Source of the DNA: a virus
IMG/VR virus record: IMGVR_UViG_3300020193_000005
Location: 1 to 64,000 of that record
Strand: one strand, 5' to 3'
Length of the DNA stretch: 64,000 nucleotides
Shown here: piece by piece, positions 27,804-36,800 of the stretch
Layout: each line of letters opens with the position of its first letter
Numbering within the stretch: the stretch's first letter is position 1
Notes under the pieces: model-generated
Told to the model about the DNA's origin: nothing
Database searches by the model: none
What the model saw: the letters and a program-made list of their open reading frames with translations, nothing else
Program-made: the position numbers and the translations under genes

Positions 27804-30800
27804 ATGAAAAACACGCAAATCACAGAAGACTCTTCGTACTTGTACAAGTCCCTAAACGGACAGATCAACATAGACGAAGCCAAGGGCGTGGTGGAGGCGT
27901 TCGTCGCCGGAATCGGTAACAAGGATTCTGTAAACGACATATGTTTACCCGGTTGCTTCACCAATTCCCTCGCCAGACGAAAACCCAGAGTCGTGTGGGG
28001 TCACGACTGGAATTCCCCCATCGGCAAAGTTTTGGAGATATACGAAGTAGGACCGAACGATCCGCGACTGCCGGCGAGAATGAGAAAAGCCGGCGTCGGC
28101 GGTTTGTACGTCAAGGTTCAATTCAACCTGAAGGCGGAGAAGGGTAGGGAGGCTTTCGCCAACGTTTCGTTTTTCGACATGGAGCAGGAATGGTCGATCG
28201 GGTACAAGACCCTCGACGCGGTATTCGATCCGGTGCAAAACGCGAATCTCCTCAAGGAGGTGGAGCTGTACGAAGTCTCTCCCGTGTTGCACGGCGCCAA
28301 TCAACTCACCGGAACCATATCCATCAAAGCCGACGGGACCGAAACGCAGATCAAGGACGGGCAGGGTCCTTGCTGGCCCGGATACAAACAGGTCGGCACG
28401 AAGAAGGGCAAGGGCGGGAAGATGGTTCCCAACTGCGTGCCAGTCGACGGCAAATCGCTCGAGGACGAGTGTTGCCCTGACGAAAAAGCGGCCGATAAAC
28501 CGGTCCTACGCGATCCCAAGGGTGGATTGACGGCCGCCGGGAGGGCCCATTTCAAGAGAACCGAGGGCGCGAATCTGAAACCGGGCGTGAAGGGCGCGGC
28601 CGACACGCCGGAGAAAATGCGCAGGAAGGGTTCCTTCCTCACGCGCTTCTTCACCAATCCCAGCGGTCCGATGAAGAAACCGAACGGCAAGCCCACCAGG
28701 CTCGCCCTCTCCGCCGCCGCCTGGGGGGAGCCGGTACCCCAGGACGCGTCCGATGCCGCGAAATTGGCGGCAAAGGGTAGAAGATTGCTGGAGAGATACG
28801 AAAAGACCAAGAAGAAAAAGAAAGACGATTCCGATTCGACGCAAAACAAAAATCACGTAGAGGCGATTTATTCCGCCTACAATTCGCAAAGCAACGAAAG
28901 CTTCGGCAGAGCCTCCATGTTGACCAGGTCCCTGGCGAAACATTTCGGCGGAGCGGTAAGACTCGTGAAAGCCGACAATGACATAGCGATTTTCGAAATG
29001 GGTGCCGGTACCGGGACGGAAATGCTGAGAGTCGCCTACCACTACGACGGCGACGAGTTCATGTTCGGGACTGCGCAAAAAGTAAAGCCCGAAACCGTGT
29101 TCATCCCGATCGGTAGCGAGGGCGCTCCTACGGGCGGGATCGTCACCTCGCCGTCCGCCACGACTCCGCAGACCCCGATGCTCGCCGCGGGCGTTCCCTC
29201 GGCATCGTGTTGCGATTCGTGCGCCGCCGGGAAGAACGTTTGCGCAAGTCCGAAATCTTTGGCGACTTGGGAAGAATTCACGGAAAAAAACGACGGTAAT
29301 CATTCGTTGTTCGTTCTCGAAAGAGGGGACGACCCGACGGAGATTTTTGACGCGTTGTCCGCCGTAGGCGAATATCACGGATTTTCTGTCAAGACCCTCA
29401 ACGACGGATTCCTCATCGAGGACTACGACTCCCTTTCGGACGAAGCCGTGGAGGCGGTGGGGACGCTGGGTCGCGCGATGGAGCAAAAAGCTTTACGCAG
29501 ACTGAGGGGGCGAGGCTCACGAGGGAACATGGATCCGCGAACGGCCATAGACGCCGATCTGGACAGACTCGTGCTCGAGGGAATACCGATGATCAACCTC
29601 GGTCGCGGCGTACCGGATCCCACGCCTTTCGGGAATGTTCCCGATGTGGGAGGGGGTCGTGCCGAGAGGCTTGCGCGAACTCTTTCTCCGAGGGTGCGAC
29701 GTAACCAGCAGAGGACGATGGGACAACTTGAAGGTGCAATAGAGCCTTCGCTCATGGATAGGGCCACGGAGAGGGTCGCTAGGGGAATGGACGCCGCCGA
29801 GACCAGAATCAGCGATCAAATGGGTCGTTTCGTTGGCGATTTAAGGGAGGAGCGAGACGCGAGAAAGGCGAGAAGGTTCGAAAAGGCGAAGAAGAGGGCT
29901 CAAAAGAGGGGTTGGTTGCCCACCGAAGAACAACTCGCCCGAAAGAGGTCGGCGGAAGAAGCGCTTTTCGACTTGGATGATCAGGAGGACATGCTTCTCG
30001 CGATGGAGCAAACGAGACGATCCCGGATGGGTCTTCCGGCGATGTCGCGAGAAGAGTCGGCAAGAATGCTCGACAGGAACATTCCCGATCGCCACGAAAA
30101 ACGCAAGAAACTTTACGACGAGCTTTACGGCGACAGCGGAGCGATGCGAAGCGAAATGCCGGCCGTACCCTACCCGCAACGACAACCAGAGAAAGTTCCC
30201 GAGCGCGTCCCCGAGAAAGTTCCAGAGAAAGTTCCCGAGAAAGTTCCCGAGAAAGTTCCCGAGAAAGTTCCCGAGAAAGTTCCCGAGAAAGTTCCCGAGA
30301 AAGTTCCCGTAAAACCGACGCGCGTCCCCGAGAAAGTTCCCACGAAGCCGCAACGCGTCCCCGAGAAAGTTCCCACGAAGCCGCAACGCGTCCCCGCCAA
30401 GCCGCAACGCGTCCCCGAGAAGGTTCCAGTGAAACCAGCGCGGGTCCCCAGGAAGGTTCCAGCACGCACCTCCGCCGACTCCGGGGCGATGTCGAAGGAG
30501 CCCGAGAAAGGCGATCAAATTAGATTTTACGGAAGCTCGGATCCTTACACGAAACTACAGCCCGGAACGATGGGCAGGGTGACGAGAGTCGCTCCGGACG
30601 GAACGATTTCGGTGGAGTGGGAAGACGGAAGTTCTTTGAAGATGATTCCCGGCGAGGACGTCTTCCAAATCATGCCGCCGGCTAAAACCTACGCAGACTT
30701 GAATCAACTCATAGAAAGCCCTTGGCGCTTTGACGAAAACATAAGTCTTCACCTGGATCCGAAAACCGGAGTTATTTATGAAGCCGACGCCTACGGTCAA

Positions 30801-33800
30801 TTGGTCGAACGACTCGGAGACGGGGCGAAGCTGACCCAATTGAACGAGTTCAACATCGATGATACCGACTCCGTCGGCTACGACGACGCAGGCAATCTGG
30901 TCAATCGCGGACCGGACGGGGACGAAATAATCTTCACGGCGGAGCAGCTCGGCGATTCGGGTGCGATGACTCGTCCGTTGCCGGGAATGTCCGAAGAAGA
31001 ATACGAGGCATGGCTCGCGGAACATCGCGCAAAGAGCAAGTGGAAGGGGCGGAGGGGCACCGGGATCTTCGTGGACCCCGACACGGGCAAGCCGGCGAGT
31101 CCGAAAGACAAAGAAGTCCTCGACAAAGTGATGGAACAAATGCTGGCTGCCATAGAAAGCGACGATCCCGACTCAATTCACTCCATGGAAGATCTTACGA
31201 ACGCTACAAGGAATCCGGACGGAAGCTGGTCCTTTGACTCTCCCGAGGCCGTCATAGAAATAATAGAGGGAGAGGCGGCCGGGGATACGCCAGAAGAAAT
31301 TCTGGACAGAATTCGCCGCGCCAACGGCGAAGTGGACGACGAAGCGGAAGGCGATTCGGGTGAAATGACCGTGAATCGCGGGGTTCCGGACGACGTGCGT
31401 AGGGTCGTACAGGGAACGGACAGAAGCAATTTGGTCGGCGGGCGTGCCGAGCCGATGAGGAGAGCCAACGAAGCCCTCGTTTCCGCGGCCAACCGCACGA
31501 TTCGTCCGGAATCGAGCGGAGACACCACGGATCCCGCATCTCGGGCGGCCAGCGACATCATTAAAACTTTTGATCAGTTCAAGCTTTCTCAGGCGGAAGT
31601 GGACGATCACATCGAGAGAATCAAGGCGTCCATGGGTCGGATGGTCGGCGAGGTCGGTAATTCCGAGTCGAGAGAAAAAATCATCGACACCTTCAATAGG
31701 GTGCTCGGAAAACTCACTCCGGAACAGATCGCCTTCGAGCGATCGAGGATAAGGGAGAGAATAAAGAACGCCGGGTTCGACGAAATGCGCCGTATGTTCG
31801 GATTGGACGACGAATCCAATTCCGGAGCCATGGCGAAAAGAGCCGCCAAAACCCCGGAAAAACTGGAACGATTCGAAAGGGAAGATCTCGGAAGGCGCAT
31901 ATGGCTGGAGCGAACCTACGACGGCAAGACGCTCGACGACGTAGCCAGAAAACACAGAATGAGTCGGGAAGCCGCGCGTCAACTGGAGATTATGCACGCC
32001 AGAAAACTGAACGGAATGGATCCCTCATCGGACAACAGGGTAGGTAGATCGACCATAGAAAGAGTCGTGTCGAGATCCGCAATCGGGCTCTCTGATCAGG
32101 AAGCCGACCTCCTACGCAGAAGATTCGACGGAGAACTCCTTGAAGAGTCGGCCAGGAGAATGAGGATGGACAAAAACGCCGTTCGGAGAATGGAACAGCT
32201 CGCTCTCAGAAAGATGCGGGATTTCATCGTGGCGGCGGAAAAATTCGAAAACGAAGCGGATTCCGGCGCGATGCGTCGCGGATCTGGAGGCACGGCGGCA
32301 GACGCCGACCGCCCAAAAGGTCGTAGGTTTCCGGGGCGTAGAGCCCGGAAGACACCAGGTTTCACGATTCCCGAAATGGTGGAGTCGCTAAGCGACAGTT
32401 ACGGCAGCGACATGTCCAGATCCGACATCATCGCCGCCGCCGTACTGATGCGCATAAGAAGATCGATGACCGACAAAATAGACTATCTACTGGCGAAGGG
32501 AGCGAGAAGTAGGAGATTCTCCGCCCTGGCCGACGAAATAACCAAAGCCGACGCCGTCTACAAAGACGGCTCGACCACCGGATCCGCTTTCGTCAAGACC
32601 GTTTTCGGCTCCAGCGCTGAATTGAAAAAACTGATCCAGAGAAGAGCGAACAGAATCGACGAGGTAAAAGACGTTGACGGAATAGTGAACGCAAGAACCG
32701 CCGTAACCCTCGAGGAGGTCGGCGGCGACGTGAGGGAAGCCGCGCAAAAATTGGGCATTGATCCCAAGGTCGTGGAGAGACGGGCTATCGCTCACTCGAT
32801 CATCGCCCAAGCGATAGCGACTCCGGAAACGCTGAAAATAGCGTCGCAGATAGATTCGCAATTCGCTTACGGGATCCTGTCGCCGAAACAAAAAACGCTT
32901 ATCAAATTATGGTTGGCCGGTTTCAGCCCCGAGGAAATAGCCGAGACGCTAAACATGACGAGAGCCGACGCATGGAGGGATCTCGGAAGAGCGGTAAGAC
33001 GAATGTCCATGGGCAACCCCGAATGGGTGAGCGAAAAAAACAGAAGAACCATCGCTTCCGTTGATTTGGCCAGCGACGAAGCCGGAGTTTTCTCGGAGTT
33101 GACGCTTTCCGACGGATCGAAACACAGGAACTACCTATCAAAGAGCCCCATCGGTAGCGGAGCAAGCGGAGCAATGGCCAGGGCCGAGGTGGTGAGCGTC
33201 GCCACGGACGCCGGCGAGGAAAGTTACGTGATGGTTCCGGCGAGAGGGGACAGGAATCCTTCATCCTTCTCGCTCTTCCCGTTGAGAACCAGGAACGAGG
33301 ATTTGATTTACGAAGCCGTCGCGGCGGAGGCGAGCGGGATGCTCAATTCCGGTTTGTTCGCGAGAATAGTCACGGACGAATCCGGTGATCAGAAATTGTT
33401 CGCCGGATCCCTCGGAAAGAATTCGATAAAAACGCTATCGGAGATCGGAACCGTCAACGAGAGAACTCCGTTCGTGACGTCTCTCGCTTCGGACGAAAGG
33501 TACGGAAAAGCCCTTCTAGCGAAGTACGACGATCTAAGGAACGTCCTATCCGATACTCCGTTCTCGGAGAATCTGGGCGTGGACGACCGTCGTCTTTCCA
33601 GACTGTCGGAAATCTCGGAAAAAATAAGGAACTCGGCCGCCGTAACGCCGGAAGAAATAGTCGTCATGGATTCCATATTGTCCGAAATCGACGACTCGAG
33701 GCGATCGGCCATACGTCGCCTACCCCACGATTTCGACGAGGAGACGACCGATTCCTTCGTCAACGCCGCCGACGATAGGAGATTTTCGTACGCAGAAAAC

Positions 33801-36800
33801 GACGGCGGAAAAACTGTTCCGTACGCCAAAAGAATGCTCGGGTTGGGTTCGCCGAACGCGAGAGAATTTTACCTACGCGTCGGCAAAGACGGAAAACTTT
33901 ACAAGTGGAATCATCCGAACAATCTCGAAAACGACATAGGATCCTGGGCGGATTCCGCGGTCGGGGAGGAATTCATTCCGTCGAGAGACGACGTCAGGGC
34001 GATTGCTTACGACTCGACCGGCGTTACGAGATCCCTCGTTGGCGACGGAGATTCCGGGGCGATGAGTCTTCCCGGAGAGGGAACCGAGTACCGAGAGGAC
34101 GACAACGAAGTCGTCATAATTTCTGACGGTATTTCGGAAGCATCCATCGGCGGGGCGGCGTATTTGGCCATCGGTCAGAATAAACCCCTGTCTTTTGCGT
34201 ACTACAAGAAGGGATCGGGATGGGAAAAAAGATCGGTCGTTCCGAGGGATCTGGTCAGAGGGGTGTACAAAGCCGTGAAACGCGACGACGGATCAACCGT
34301 CTTCGTTTTCCATAAAGCCGACGCCCCGAAAGGATATTTGTTCCTTAGGGCTTTCGATCCGAATAGGAACGAGGCGAGAGAATTCAGGCTGGACAGAATC
34401 GGCGGAATCGGCAACCTGACGTCTCAACCCAAATCCACGAACGCCGCGCCGTCCGGAACTCCGCAGGGCAATACCCCGACGGGTTCGACGCCGCCGAAAC
34501 AAGTTTTCCCGAAACAAATTTTCACTCGTGCCGGCAAAGTCGGACAAGCGACCGTGTGGGTTGATCAACATCCGGTCAGACCGAGCGCCAGACAATCCGC
34601 GTACGAAAAGACGATCGTGGTCGCCGATGCCCCGGTGGCCGGCTATCTCGACGAAGCCTTGAAAGAAATCGGGGAAGGGAGTTTCTTGGAGGGTTATCAG
34701 GGCGACGCTTCGGTGGTGCTTTCGGTCCTGATGGACGCGCTCGGCGACGAAAAACATCCGTTGCACGACAGAGCCAACAAATACATGCTCGCCATGGAAT
34801 CGAAAAAATTAGGCAAACTCCTCGGTAGGACGGCATACAGAAAATCCGGCCTGCAAGGTCCTCCGCTCAGAAGAAGGGCCAAACCGTGGGGTGGCGACCG
34901 GGGAAATACCAAGTTGGCGGATTTCGAGTCGTGGACCGATCCGCAGCAGATGTACGACTGGGCGCGAACCGGGGACTATGTCCTTTTCGACGTGGAAACG
35001 ACCGGATCCCCGGGACTCGATGCATCCGCCGCCGAGATAGCGAGAAAAACCCCGCAGGGAAGGGTCGTTCAAATTGCCATGACCCCCGTAAAGAACGGAG
35101 TCCCGGGACAAACGAAAATTTGGTGGGTCAAACCATTGGACGACGACGGCAACGCAGTGGAGATGAGCGACTGGACGAAGGAAAACGTGCCCGGTCCCGA
35201 CGGTGCAAGAACGCTAACCGACCAGTTGGCGATGAACGATCCGAGATTCGTGGATCCCGCGGTCGCGTGGAGGGAGGTGTCCGATTGGCTCAAATCGGAA
35301 TTCGGGGATTCTCCGATTCTGGTCGGATACAATTCGGCCAACTTCGACATGCCGATCGCCGAAAGAATGATCGACGACCGAGATCTCAAAATTGGTTGGT
35401 TCGACGTCATGGTCCTCGCGGATCAGGTTCTGTACGCGGAAAGCCAGGCCTTCGACGACCTTAGCAAGATTTCCGTAGATAGAAGGAAATCCGGTCGGGT
35501 CGTACCCGGTTTCGCGGCGGGAACCGTGATTAGCATGGCCGGGTTTTCTAAGCGTCATAAAGCGAACCGAGGTTCCAGACTGATATTCGGACCCGCCAAC
35601 TTTCATCCGGTACTCGACGGCAGCGGGAAGCCCACGTTCAAGCCGGACGGCAAACCGAAGATGCAACCTAAGTTCAGGATAAACCTCGAGAGTCTCAAAG
35701 AGTGGGCCGGGGTGAAAACACGAAGAGCCGCCCACGCCGCCGACGTCGACAACGACGTCACGCACAGGGTGATGCTAGCCCTGACCGAACATCAAACGAA
35801 ACGCGGCAGGGCTCTTCACATGTTCGACAAAGACTTGCGAAATCAATTGGAAAGATACCTACGGGAAGAGTACGAATTCAGGGCGAGTACGCACGAAGCG
35901 AGGAAAAACCAGGGTTCTTTCTTCGGATTCAATTCGCCCAGAGCCGATAGCGGCGGCGCGAGACCGAATGAACCGGCCGACGTCGGGGACGCTACGACCG
36001 GTTACGCCGAATCGTACGGAAATGTCGTCGGCTCTCGGGAGACCGGGAGAAGAGTTGTGGGTAGACCGTCCGTAAGGGTAATCGGCGATTATCCGGGATT
36101 GCCGTTTTACGTCGTCTCCTCGAACGGGGAGGAAACAATCTTGATAGGACCGGAATTCTGGACGGACGGAATAGACCCGGACACGAGAGAACCGTTACTG
36201 CTTAGAAACCAGAAAGCTCTGATCCCGATGATCGGACAAGCCAGAAAATCCGGACGCGGTATTCAATTCGTCTACGGGAGGCGCGACGACGGATCACCGG
36301 TCAACTACGAAATATTCGCCCTCGAACTGGTGCCCGACGACGGCATGACGATGGAGGAGGCGAGAATAGCAACCGAACGAGATCGAAGAATCAGATTTAG
36401 TCTTGCCGGAACCCTAAGAAACGGAATGTCGTTTGAATTTTCTTTCAAGGACATAGGCAATCCCGACGCTCCACCGCCCAGAGCGAGCGAATACGTTCCA
36501 ATGACGGGCGAGGAAGTTTCGGGAGTCACGGACGCGATTCTCATGACTCCGGCCCAATACTCCGATCAGTTGATGAGAAAACGCGTCATTGCGTTGCGTA
36601 ATAGTCGTAGCGGGGGCTCCGGGTCGTCGACGTCGGGGACCGATTCCGGCGCGATGTCCGGTTTGACGAATCGCTACGGCGGTTCGGGGGGATTGGAAGC
36701 GTGGATACCCGACGAGAAATATAAGTCCTTCTCCTCCATGGACGAATCTCAGCTAAGAGCGATAGTCGAACGAACCAGGAGATCCGTGAACGATTTGATT

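Noticed and set aside
35946-35960. DSGGA (also DSGKT and DSGNP in the last ORF) as linker sites
   Set aside because: They lack the invariant Met, so they were not counted.
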